This document shows, in pieces, positions 1 to 8,813 of a stretch of 64,000 bases of DNA. This DNA comes from Schmidtea polychroa (taxonomy: Eukaryota). Every line of letters starts with the position of its first letter. Within the stretch, counting starts at the first letter, position 1. A program made the position numbers and the translations under genes. The notes beneath the pieces were generated by a model. It was not told the DNA's origin. It did no database searches and worked only from the letters and a program-made list of their open reading frames with translations. The stretch spans positions 32,302,001 to 32,366,000 of the forward strand of contig CM097888.1 in assembly GCA_044892525.1 (NCBI GenBank), in the 5' to 3' direction.

Positions 1-1
1 A

Positions 2-2806
2 ACCGCATTACTTGATACAGGATCCAAAATAACCACACAAGACCACGATCGGAAAAACGCACTACATCATGCTATCGAAGGGAAACGTACCGAAGCGTTC
101 ACGTCGCTGATGGAACTACTATCATATGAGGACAATCGAGAAGTCGGAAACATGTATGGTGGATTACTAACAGCGACCAAAGAAAAACTGACAACAATTA
201 CCGGAATATTAATTACATGGAGAAATCCAATTAAAAATGATTATATGATCAACGTAAACGAAGCGTTCACGAGAGGAGAGAACACGCTGATGAGAGAAGC
301 TATGAAAGGACATCATTTATTCGAAATCCCGAATCAATTACTGGAACGAGGAATAACCTTCACAAATCATAAGGATGAGCAGTTATTAAAAAAGCGAATT
401 GACACATTCGAAAAATCAATATTCCAATTCATTACTCAGGTACGAAATAAATATTGGGGAACGGTAAGTGTGTTATACATGATGGACACGATGAACAACA
501 TCCGCGAGAATTACCTAGATATTATTCAAATACTTACCGCAGAGGAACGAATCAATAATCCAACTGGAAAGAAGATAAAAATAAAACATGGGATACCAAC
601 AGAACCAAAGTCGCAAACAAACCAAACGGTCACAAATAACGTCACCGAAACCAAATCAATGAGTATAGATCAAAGAGCAATAATATGCAAAGCGAAAGAA
701 GTGTTCTTTGAGGAAATGCTAAAGTTGTCCGACGAAATAATATTGTCCAAAATAATAAAAGCCGTACACACATACGCAAGAGATCAAACCACGGGTTTAG
801 ATATCGGGAAAATCAAAACCTTTTTACCTAGAGCATTTACGATGGTAAAAAAGGATTCCAGAACACCTCTGCAACAAGCAATACTAGCAGCGAAAGAAAA
901 TAGAGCAATAACGATCATGAGAATCCTCAGAGATATGGGCGAAGAAACCAACACGAAAAATGAACAAGGCGAAACCGCCATGATGTATGCAGCTATAACG
1001 AAAATACACCCAAAAACACTCCACATCCTACATCAATCAGGATCGAGACTAGACGAAAAATCAAACGAAGGGAACTCCACATTGGACTGGGCAACCATAC
1101 AGCCAAACTTGGAAATTATCAGATTTATTTGCAAAAATGCGACAAAAGAGGAAGTTGAAAATATGTGCAAAAACACATCTCAATTTCAATGGAATACGGT
1201 ACGGAAAAATCTAGAAGCAATGAAACTATTATTGACATGGAGAGTACCACAAAGTAATAAATATGCGATAAATATAAACGAATTTTACGAAAACGGAGAA
1301 AACGCGATGGTAAAGAATACCCTAACTAAAGGGGGGACGCCTAAAATTATCTTAATAGTATTAAATCGAGAGGACCTCAAATTCACGCAAAATCAAAACG
1401 AGCAACAACGAATTGGAAAACATCGTCGTATTCAATTGAGAGAATTAGTCAAGGAATGGAATAGAAAGAGACATGCCGCAACGGGTAGAAAAGAATTTGA
1501 ATTCGAAGCAAAGTTAGCAAGGAACAGAGTGTTAACAGCATATCGCAAATTATTGAACGATATAAATGTCGAGGACGACATTTTAAACGACAGCGGGGGA
1601 GATAAACACGATGACAATGACGGAAAAGGCCGAAAAGAGGATAAAGGGAAAAGAGAACCGGAAGAGGATAAACCGGAAAACAAGGATTTGGATACGAAAA
1701 GAGAGGGAAACAGCCCGGGAACCAAGACCAAAGAGGAGGAAAAACCGAATAATGGAAAACAGAGGGTATGCCTACCTTTCACTAACAAAGAAATAGAGAC
1801 AAATATGATATTAATGATAATTATGCTTACCATGATAGAGTTAGTAACAGCTCATGGAGGGACGAGAACGATAAAAGAAACCAAAGAAGCGGAGAATCAA
1901 GATAGCAAAGAGGATGAACAAAAACAAGAAAAGAAAAAGCAAGCACAAGAGCAGCAGTGGGATTTAAAGGAAGAATGGGACCTAAAGGAAAGGTGCATAC
2001 TAGGAAGATGTATGTCTAGAGCGTATCAGAAATTAGTACTGATAAATGAGGACACAGAACCAATAACAGAGGTAAGAATACAAGAAGCATACAGAAATCG
2101 AGACGGGAAGAGAATAACGAACGTTAAAGGAAAAGAGGTGCACCTGGGAAAAGGAGGTGAAGTAGTAATAACGCAGCTCCAACCAAGAAAAGAGCACAAA
2201 GTCTGTATTTCAAGATTAGGACCAGGTGAGAGATGCCATCAATATGTGACGCAGCAGCAGCCGCCGAAAGAATACACGGTTTGTATCTGGAGGAACGAAT
2301 CAAAAAGAGAATGCCGACGATACCCGGGGAAAAGAGGAAAGAAAAGAAAAAACCACGACGAAAAGGACGAAGGAGGAAAGCACAAGAAAACCGGCGAGGA
2401 AGCTCAGGACAACTATGTTTCGGAGGAGGAGATGGAAAAAATACAAAAGATGGCAAAGGAGGGTATGAACGAGGAAATAGCAAGAATACGAGAGATGATG
2501 AAAGGGAATGACAAAAGAGGGAACGAGAAAAGTACAGAAGCAATATCAACATTAACAAACAAGGAAAAACCAGAGAGTATAAGCGTGAAGCAGATGATGT
2601 GGATCAGTGGGATAATAATAACAGGGGCATTCCTAATCATAACGGGGGGAACAATAAAAATAATTAAAGATAAACGACATCGCGGAGAACTAGAGATGAC
2701 CCGAATCAGAAATTTCCAACATCGAGTGAAACGACCAAGTGATATCAAACAAGAACAGTGGGTGGAGGCCTGGAACGCTCAGCGCCCTCCAAACTCACGT
2801 ATATAG
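2..2806 (+). CDS. Ankyrin-repeat protein with two hydrophobic segments (5'-partial, >934 aa)
   Basis: Frame is open from base 2 (TALLDTGSKITTQDHDRKNALHHAIEGKRTEAFTSLM, itself ankyrin-like), so the true start lies upstream of the window. Ankyrin repeats: DSRTPLQQAILAA, NEQGETAMMYAA, SNEGNSTLDWA. Hydrophobic segments NMILMIIMLTMIELVTAHGG and WISGIIITGAFLIITGG (followed by KIIKDKRHR). Confidence 0.8.
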   Translation, partial: TALLDTGSKITTQDHDRKNALHHAIEGKRTEAFTSLMELLSYEDNREVGNMYGGLLTATKEKLTTITGILITWRNPIKNDYMINVNEAFTRGENTLMREAMKGHHLFEIPNQLLERGITFTNHKDEQLLKKRIDTFEKSIFQFITQVRNKYWGTVSVLYMMDTMNNIRENYLDIIQILTAEERINNPTGKKIKIKHGIPTEPKSQTNQTVTNNVTETKSMSIDQRAIICKAKEVFFEEMLKLSDEIILSKIIKAVHTYARDQTTGLDIGKIKTFLPRAFTMVKKDSRTPLQQAILAAKENRAITIMRILRDMGEETNTKNEQGETAMMYAAITKIHPKTLHILHQSGSRLDEKSNEGNSTLDWATIQPNLEIIRFICKNATKEEVENMCKNTSQFQWNTVRKNLEAMKLLLTWRVPQSNKYAININEFYENGENAMVKNTLTKGGTPKIILIVLNREDLKFTQNQNEQQRIGKHRRIQLRELVKEWNRKRHAATGRKEFEFEAKLARNRVLTAYRKLLNDINVEDDILNDSGGDKHDDNDGKGRKEDKGKREPEEDKPENKDLDTKREGNSPGTKTKEEEKPNNGKQRVCLPFTNKEIETNMILMIIMLTMIELVTAHGGTRTIKETKEAENQDSKEDEQKQEKKKQAQEQQWDLKEEWDLKERCILGRCMSRAYQKLVLINEDTEPITEVRIQEAYRNRDGKRITNVKGKEVHLGKGGEVVITQLQPRKEHKVCISRLGPGERCHQYVTQQQPPKEYTVCIWRNESKRECRRYPGKRGKKRKNHDEKDEGGKHKKTGEEAQDNYVSEEEMEKIQKMAKEGMNEEIARIREMMKGNDKRGNEKSTEAISTLTNKEKPESISVKQMMWISGIIITGAFLIITGGTIKIIKDKRHRGELEMTRIRNFQHRVKRPSDIKQEQWVEAWNAQRPPNSRI

Positions 2807-2966
2807 AAAGGAATATGACTGTATATAATTGTAAAAAGTAAGTATATCTTATGTATATAACAGTACTATATCTTTATATAAGCGCGGTATCAATATTATA
2901 CAATAACGGGAATCATAAAATAAAATTAACTTTAAATAAGAGTTGAAAAGTGTATATAAATTAAGA

Positions 2967-3326
2967 ATGGATCAAGGAAATAACGAAATGAACCACAATA
3001 CAGTAACTGAAGAATTATGGAAGCAACAATGTGCCGTATTAGCACAATTAGTGTCCAATTTGCAAGAACAGGGATTGACGATGCACAGAAACCTAATCGA
3101 GAGTATGAATAGAGGATTTAGTTATTTGAAGATAATTGAAGACCAGAGGTTAAAAATCGAACAAATGCAAAGAGAGATAGAGAGGATAACCCAATATAGC
3201 CGTAGACAGGAAATTGAACTAGACAGAATGATGGAGGAAGCAGAACAGACAGAAATAGAAGACTGGTCAGAATGGCTAATGAATAGAGAGGAGAGCGGAC
3301 ACGAAGCCGACTCTTCCGAACCCTAA
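2967..3326 (+). CDS. Small coiled-coil protein with acidic C-terminus
   Basis: The ORF track starts at TTG 2943; the first ATG is at 2967, directly after ttaag. Heptad-like stretch KIIEDQRLKIEQMQREIERITQ. Confidence 0.6.
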   Translation: MDQGNNEMNHNTVTEELWKQQCAVLAQLVSNLQEQGLTMHRNLIESMNRGFSYLKIIEDQRLKIEQMQREIERITQYSRRQEIELDRMMEEAEQTEIEDWSEWLMNREESGHEADSSEP

Positions 3327-3411
3327 ACCAAACCTAGCTTAAAATGTAAATAATTGTAAATAAAATATCGAACCTGTATCGATAAGAACTATAAGTATAT
3401 ATAATTATAGA

Positions 3412-4800
3412 ATGGATAAACGACAAAGAGAAGAGTTCAGAGAGATTGTCGAACAAGTCAGAAAATCTACAACGATCCGAACACACAAACATGTTATGTG
3501 CGGGATATGTGAAAAGTTGTTAAAGGAACCTCACCAAACCCAATGTGGATGCAGAGTATGTAAAGAATGTATCAGTGAAGCAATAAAGAATAGACCACAG
3601 TGGTGCCTGGTGTGTAAAGAGACACTAATATCGAGTTTAGAAGACACTAACGAGGATAAAGCCGCAGTGAAAGACATGTTAAACACCAATCTGGGATGTA
3701 AAAATACCCCATGCGAATGGAAAGGAATAATATGGAAAGTAGTGCAACATATGGGAGAATGTATGTACAGAATCGGCCAGTGTGAAAGGTGCCATAAAAC
3801 CATTCAAGCAAGCGAAGAAAAAGAGCATCAAAGACAGTGTGAAGAGAGATTAGAAAGATGTGAACATTGTGGAGAAATAGATACGTGGAGAAATCTCACC
3901 ATCAAACATCACAATGTCCAAGAGGAGAGAGTATGTGCAGAGTTCAGTGGGGAATGCCCAAACGGATGTAACCAAGGGGAAATAATAAAGGTGGCACAGC
4001 ATCTAAGGGAATGTGAAAAGAAAAGAATGACATGTGTACTAGGTAAATGGGGTTGTCAGAAACTACTACACCGAGGGGAGTTACCACATCATTTAGTAGA
4101 AAATGCTTCAACCCACGCAGAAATGTGGTCGACTGCGTTACAAGAAAGCGAAGAGAAAGTAAAACAAATGGAGATAGAGATAACATCGTTGAAAGTGTTA
4201 GTCAAAGAACTACTAGAAGAAAGGGAAGCGTTCGAAGAAGCCCGAGCAAACATAAAGATGCAAATAAACCGAATAGAAATCAGTAATAATCAGGCCAAGG
4301 AGCTACATCAGAAAATACGGGAAATAAATCTAAATGAGATAACCCCAACAGCACCCTACATATGGAAAATAACGGGAGTAAAAGAAAGAATACGAAAAGC
4401 AAAAACCGGAGAAGAGACAAGAATAACAAGTCCTGCATTCCATTCTTGGAAAAATGGGTACAAAATGAAAATGAAGATATATCCCAACGGGGACGGAACC
4501 GGATTAGATACACACTTTTCGATTTTCTTTCTGTTATGTAAAGGGGAATACGACGAAATAATAGAGTGGCCGTTCCAGGCAAAAATCGATATTGCACTAA
4601 TGAATGACCGAAGCATCCACGAACAAAGCTTCAAGACAACTGGAAACCAAATGTGTTACCAGAGACCTACGGAAGAAGAAGGATCAGCAACAGGAGCACC
4701 TACGTTCATCCTACAACAAAAAGTAGAAGATATGGCAAGAAATGACACGGTGTATATCAAGATGACCGTGAGGAAAGAGGAGAAGGGTAGAACGGAGTAA
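3412..4800 (+). CDS. TRAF: TNF receptor-associated factor (TRAF2/3/5-like): RING, TRAF zinc fingers, coiled coil, MATH domain
   Basis: RING CGICEKLLKEPHQTQCGCRVCKEC...WCLVC; serial TRAF-type Cys/His fingers; coiled coil; MATH motifs YIWKI, SPAFHSWKNGYKMKMKIYPNGDGTGLDTHFSIFF, WPFQAKI. Single uninterrupted ORF. Confidence 0.95.
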   Translation: MDKRQREEFREIVEQVRKSTTIRTHKHVMCGICEKLLKEPHQTQCGCRVCKECISEAIKNRPQWCLVCKETLISSLEDTNEDKAAVKDMLNTNLGCKNTPCEWKGIIWKVVQHMGECMYRIGQCERCHKTIQASEEKEHQRQCEERLERCEHCGEIDTWRNLTIKHHNVQEERVCAEFSGECPNGCNQGEIIKVAQHLRECEKKRMTCVLGKWGCQKLLHRGELPHHLVENASTHAEMWSTALQESEEKVKQMEIEITSLKVLVKELLEEREAFEEARANIKMQINRIEISNNQAKELHQKIREINLNEITPTAPYIWKITGVKERIRKAKTGEETRITSPAFHSWKNGYKMKMKIYPNGDGTGLDTHFSIFFLLCKGEYDEIIEWPFQAKIDIALMNDRSIHEQSFKTTGNQMCYQRPTEEEGSATGAPTFILQQKVEDMARNDTVYIKMTVRKEEKGRTE

Positions 4801-4993
4801 CCAATCGAATAATGTTGTATATAATAATCTGTATATATCGGTGTATATAACCAATAAAATATTATATAATAATAGTATGAAAACCCTAAATACGAAAACC
4901 CAAAAATGATGCGAAAATTTCCAAAGAAACAGTAAATAATGAATAAATTCCTTTTTCATAATAAAAAGATTAATCGATGTCTATGATTTAGAG

Positions 4994-6049
4994 ATGACAC
5001 AAGAGAAACTAACCGAAACTGCGATAGCCCCAACCAATGTCAACAAGACACAAATTCCCCGAGAACATAACAAAAAATGGAACAAAGTAATGTTCCAACT
5101 AACTAATCTCACCCGAAATCACATCGAAGAAGCTAGAGAGGATGAGAATAGTCAATACCAATGGTTAATACACAACTTAAGAGCGGAAGCAGAAGCATGC
5201 AAAAGAGCATCAAAATGGGCGTCACTAGAAAATACCCGCCAAGAAGCGCACAGCCACTACTTAAAGCAGCTAGTGCAGGAAGCGAGAAAGAGACTTACCG
5301 ATGAGAACACCAAGCGCGAAGCGGAAAAGCAAATAGAAGGAAGGAAAATGATGCACTTAGTGGCAGAAGCGAGAAAATGGAAAAGACAAAACAGTGAAAT
5401 GAAAAAAGAGATGAAAGAATTGCCCATGAGACTCGGATATGAAAGCGAACAAGGTAAATGGGAGGAGAATTTAATAATAAAGGAAGAATTGAAACGGTTG
5501 AGAAAGGTCGCCGCCCGAAGTCAAACCTGGCAAACAAAGGCTATGGAGTTTGAGCGACATTTGGCAATAAAATGCGACATAAGAGAGCACGAGAATGCCG
5601 CAATGGAAGAGATGATAACCCAACAAGCAGGACGGGTTGTGGAATTAGTAAATCAGGTAGAAGAGATGAAAAGAGACCTTAATGGATTACAAGGATCGCT
5701 GGAACAAAGAAACATGGTCCTAGCTGGAAAAAACAGAAAATTAGAAAACGAAAGGAAAATGTACACCGAAAATATCAAAAACTTGGAAATAGAAATTGAA
5801 AAATGGAAGGGCGACGAGAAAATCAAGGCCCTAGATAGACAAATAGAGATGAAAGACGAAGAGACAAGGTACCTCACCTACCTGCTCGACGAGGAGCTGA
5901 ACATCACTCGAGCTCTAAGAGACGAAATTAATGAGTTGAGAGCCCAAATTCCCCAATATTACCTACCATACGACCCTATTGCGATACAGTTACATCCCGC
6001 GGTCGATAGTGATGAAGGTTATGTAGGCCAGGAGGAAACCTTCGTATAA
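4994..6049 (+). CDS. Coiled-coil protein, 351 aa, unknown function
   Basis: Long ORF with the same codon bias as its neighbours, E/K/R/L-rich heptads, tail PQYYLPYDP...DSDEGY. Confidence 0.7.
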   Translation: MTQEKLTETAIAPTNVNKTQIPREHNKKWNKVMFQLTNLTRNHIEEAREDENSQYQWLIHNLRAEAEACKRASKWASLENTRQEAHSHYLKQLVQEARKRLTDENTKREAEKQIEGRKMMHLVAEARKWKRQNSEMKKEMKELPMRLGYESEQGKWEENLIIKEELKRLRKVAARSQTWQTKAMEFERHLAIKCDIREHENAAMEEMITQQAGRVVELVNQVEEMKRDLNGLQGSLEQRNMVLAGKNRKLENERKMYTENIKNLEIEIEKWKGDEKIKALDRQIEMKDEETRYLTYLLDEELNITRALRDEINELRAQIPQYYLPYDPIAIQLHPAVDSDEGYVGQEETFV

Positions 6050-6217
6050 GGGTGGATAAAAAGATAAAAAACAAAAAACCGGGACGTATATCCCAAACAA
6101 AAAAATTAAAGTATTGTAAAAGTATCCAAGGGACTGTAACCCAAACTATTAAATTTTATATAAATGTATACGTATAAGTCGCACTATAGCGCACCATTAA
6201 CTGTACATATTATAGAT

Positions 6218-6919
6218 ATGAAAATCGAGGAAATAATAGAAATTATGAGCGACGTAGAAGAAGGAGAGATCGAAGCAGAAACAACAGAAACACAAACGCT
6301 AAAGACAGAGTTACGGGAAGAGAAGTATGAAAACGGGAGATTAATAAACAAATACCTGGAAGACCGTAAAATGATAAAGGTGTTAAAGAAAGAGTGTGAA
6401 GCGTTGGGGAAAATAAAAAGAGAAACGGAAGAGGAAAACGAATGGCTTCAGGAACAAAGGAAGCGAGGAAAAAACTGGGAAAAGATAGCGGGAGAATTAT
6501 GGAAAGAAAGAGCAAGCCTTAAAGCAGAAGAAGTAATTGAGGATTATTGGAAAGGTGAGGCGAAGGAACGCCAAACAGCAATAAATAAATTAAAACAACA
6601 ACTGGAAGAAAACCAACGGGAAAGTAAAGAAATGAGGAAGTGGATCCACAAATATAGAGAGATAGAAAGAGAACATCAACAACAAAATTACCGGCAAGAA
6701 AACGAACAAGACTTCCTACAAATTGAACTAAAAAGAAACCTTGAAAAGAAAAAGGAAGAAATTAGACGCTTGAAAAAAGAAATCAGACATCTAAGGAGAG
6801 AAAACCGTGAAAAAGACCGACAGTTAGCAATGCTACCTGAGTTGAGATATAGGGTCATTAAGGCAGAGACCACCCTAATGAGAATCACCGAAAACGATCC
6901 CCAAAAGAAAGACGATTAA
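6218..6919 (+). CDS. Coiled-coil protein, unknown function
   Basis: The ORF track gives 6164; ATG 6218 after tattatag is preferred by analogy with neighbouring starts. Charged heptad-rich sequence. Confidence 0.65.
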   Translation: MKIEEIIEIMSDVEEGEIEAETTETQTLKTELREEKYENGRLINKYLEDRKMIKVLKKECEALGKIKRETEEENEWLQEQRKRGKNWEKIAGELWKERASLKAEEVIEDYWKGEAKERQTAINKLKQQLEENQRESKEMRKWIHKYREIEREHQQQNYRQENEQDFLQIELKRNLEKKKEEIRRLKKEIRHLRRENREKDRQLAMLPELRYRVIKAETTLMRITENDPQKKDD

Positions 6920-6955
6920 CAAAAGAACGTCGACAATTGTAAATAAATTAAATGT

Positions 6956-7600
6956 TTGATGTATAACAGTATAATGCGGTGGGGAGTGACAATCACCTTG
7001 ATAATACTGGCTAACAATCTGATGAGCAAGCCACAGAGTAACCCCCAAATAAATAGCCTCCGAGATCACCGAAGAAAGAACTCGAAAACCCAATCCGAAT
7101 CACCTAAACCGAGATGCCATACCATGGTAAAGAGCAAAATCATAGACAACATCCGTTCAACCCGAACCTACATCGACAATATCCGAGTAATGTGCCAAGG
7201 AAACCTCCTGTGTAGAAAAATAAATAAGGTGATGATAGAACAAATCCATCACCTAGATCAACTAGAAGTGCAAATACGACAGGAAAATTCCGAACCTGAA
7301 AAAATCGAAAAATCCCCAGAACAAGGCGACACCCACTACCTTCTATATGTGGTGATCGCCGAAACAAGCCTATTATGTCTAATAACCTTCTTAGAAATCC
7401 TCGAATTCAAGAAAAAATGCCAACAACCGAAATCCAAAGCTACCCAGAAAAATTCGGTCGAACTTTCCAACATCACTCAAAATACAAGTCCACTCAGATT
7501 AACCCACCAAGAATCTCCCAAACCATCAACCAGTCGTCCGGCCTACTACAACATCGAGCCTAAAATGTACCAACAACCCCAGTCAGAGTCAGCAGAGTAA
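6956..7600 (+). CDS. Putative type I membrane protein (signal peptide, Cys-containing ectodomain, TM, Tyr-containing tail)
   Basis: N-terminal MRWGVTITLIILANNLMS (ATG 6974); TM YLLYVVIAETSLLCLITFLEIL followed by KKKC; tail PAYYNIEPKMYQQP. Confidence 0.6.
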   Translation: MMYNSIMRWGVTITLIILANNLMSKPQSNPQINSLRDHRRKNSKTQSESPKPRCHTMVKSKIIDNIRSTRTYIDNIRVMCQGNLLCRKINKVMIEQIHHLDQLEVQIRQENSEPEKIEKSPEQGDTHYLLYVVIAETSLLCLITFLEILEFKKKCQQPKSKATQKNSVELSNITQNTSPLRLTHQESPKPSTSRPAYYNIEPKMYQQPQSESAE

Positions 7601-8172
7601 TAAAACAATGCCAGTACTGATTTAAAACATTATCTAGTGTGAACTGTAAAACATTATCTGGTGTGAACTTCTGTGTATATAACCTATCACCATAAGTGAT
7701 ACCTGCTTGGTCCTATTTTGACCTTTATCCTACTAATAAATTTATTATATATGATGTTGTGGTTATTTTATTTTTCTTTTTATGAATGAATGAAGTAAGT
7801 ATGTAATTGCGGGACGCAATTTTGATGGGTCCCCGAGTGATTTGTTGGGCTGAATTGGAAAAAATGATCGTCGAAAAATAAGATAGATAAGAGGCGAATA
7901 AAATAAAATAAGACCACCAATTTTAGGAATAAATAAATCAAGACATAAAATAAACCATAAATAAGATATAAAAATTAAAACAAAAAAAAATAAAAATTAA
8001 AAAATTAAAAAATAAAGTAATAACATAATGAATAAGATACCGGAAAACGCAATAAATAATAAGGAATTTAGGAAATAAATAAAAGATATAATAAAAATAG
8101 GAAAATAAGTAAAATACCCAAAGAAATAGGAAAAAACAAATTAATTTAATAAAATAAGCGGTACTCAATTTT

Positions 8173-8235
8173 GATTGGTCCGCGTAAATGAAAAATTGGT
8201 ATATAAACCAACGCCAAAATCATAAAAATCAGTGT
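8173..8235 (+). promoter_or_regulatory. Pol II promoter in LTR-like region (inverted CCAAT, TATA, Inr-like TCAGT)
   Basis: GATTGG 8173-8178, TATATAAA 8200-8207, TCAGT about 8229, downstream of an A-rich tract from about 7860 to 8160. Confidence 0.55.
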
Positions 8236-8311
8236 TAATTTGAAAAAACATTACAGGTAAAGAAATTTTAGCATAAGTATCAACAGTGTTAATTTGAAAA
8301 AACATTACAGG
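8230..8311 (+). repeat. 28-bp direct repeat x2
   Basis: CAGTGTTAATTTGAAAAAACATTACAGG at 8230-8257 and 8284-8311. Confidence 0.9.
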
Positions 8312-8694
8312 ACTGACTCTAGGACCAGAAAACCTTCAATAAATTCAGAGAAACTACTCGAGAACCTCATAAAACCGACTACCAGCTTCGACACCAGTTG
8401 ACTATTTTGGAAAAGACGAGCCTTATATTTCGATTCAGCCTAACGTGATAGTAAGAGATTGTATTCATTTGTTATTCTTAATTTTTGAAGTAACAGTAAC
8501 TATGTATATTTATTAAATAATTAAAATTTTAAGTTACATTTGATCTTTTCTTTTCACTTGATCCCGATTGATAAATTTGATAAATTAACTGGTTTAAAAA
8601 TCTAAAGTCATTAATTCGATATGATTTGGCAATTCTTATGATTATTTTTATGAAGTATATTTTTATGCTGTTCAAAGTAACGAGTAACGTGGAG

Positions 8695-8813
8695 TTGAGA
8701 TACTCCATGTCATGGTATGAGGTGCCTTCGGGAGCTCAGCCGGTGGACATGGAGTATTTCAATCACGCAGCTAGATTGGGCCGAAATGTGAAGGCTTCTT
8801 CACGGGTCCAATC
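8695..8813 (+). other. Two adjacent strong stem-loops (candidate structured RNA leader)
   Basis: 17-bp stem 8695-8711/8746-8762 enclosing a C(UUCG)G loop; 9-bp stem 8774-8782/8805-8813 enclosing a GTGAAG/CTTCAC hairpin. Confidence 0.55.

Noticed and set aside
784-7367. Many minus-strand Phe/Leu/Ser-rich ORFs opposite the cassette (likewise opposite TANGO1 and at 7938, 24150, 46629)
   Set aside because: Shadow frames of A-rich sequence.
7500-7520. TRAF-binding motif THQE in the ORF6 tail
   Set aside because: A four-residue degenerate motif that is expected by chance.
7700-7860. Definite 3' LTR start with polypurine tract for the giant element
   Set aside because: TGTTG candidates exist at 7755 and 7843, but neither has a clear PPT, so LTR status remains an inference.
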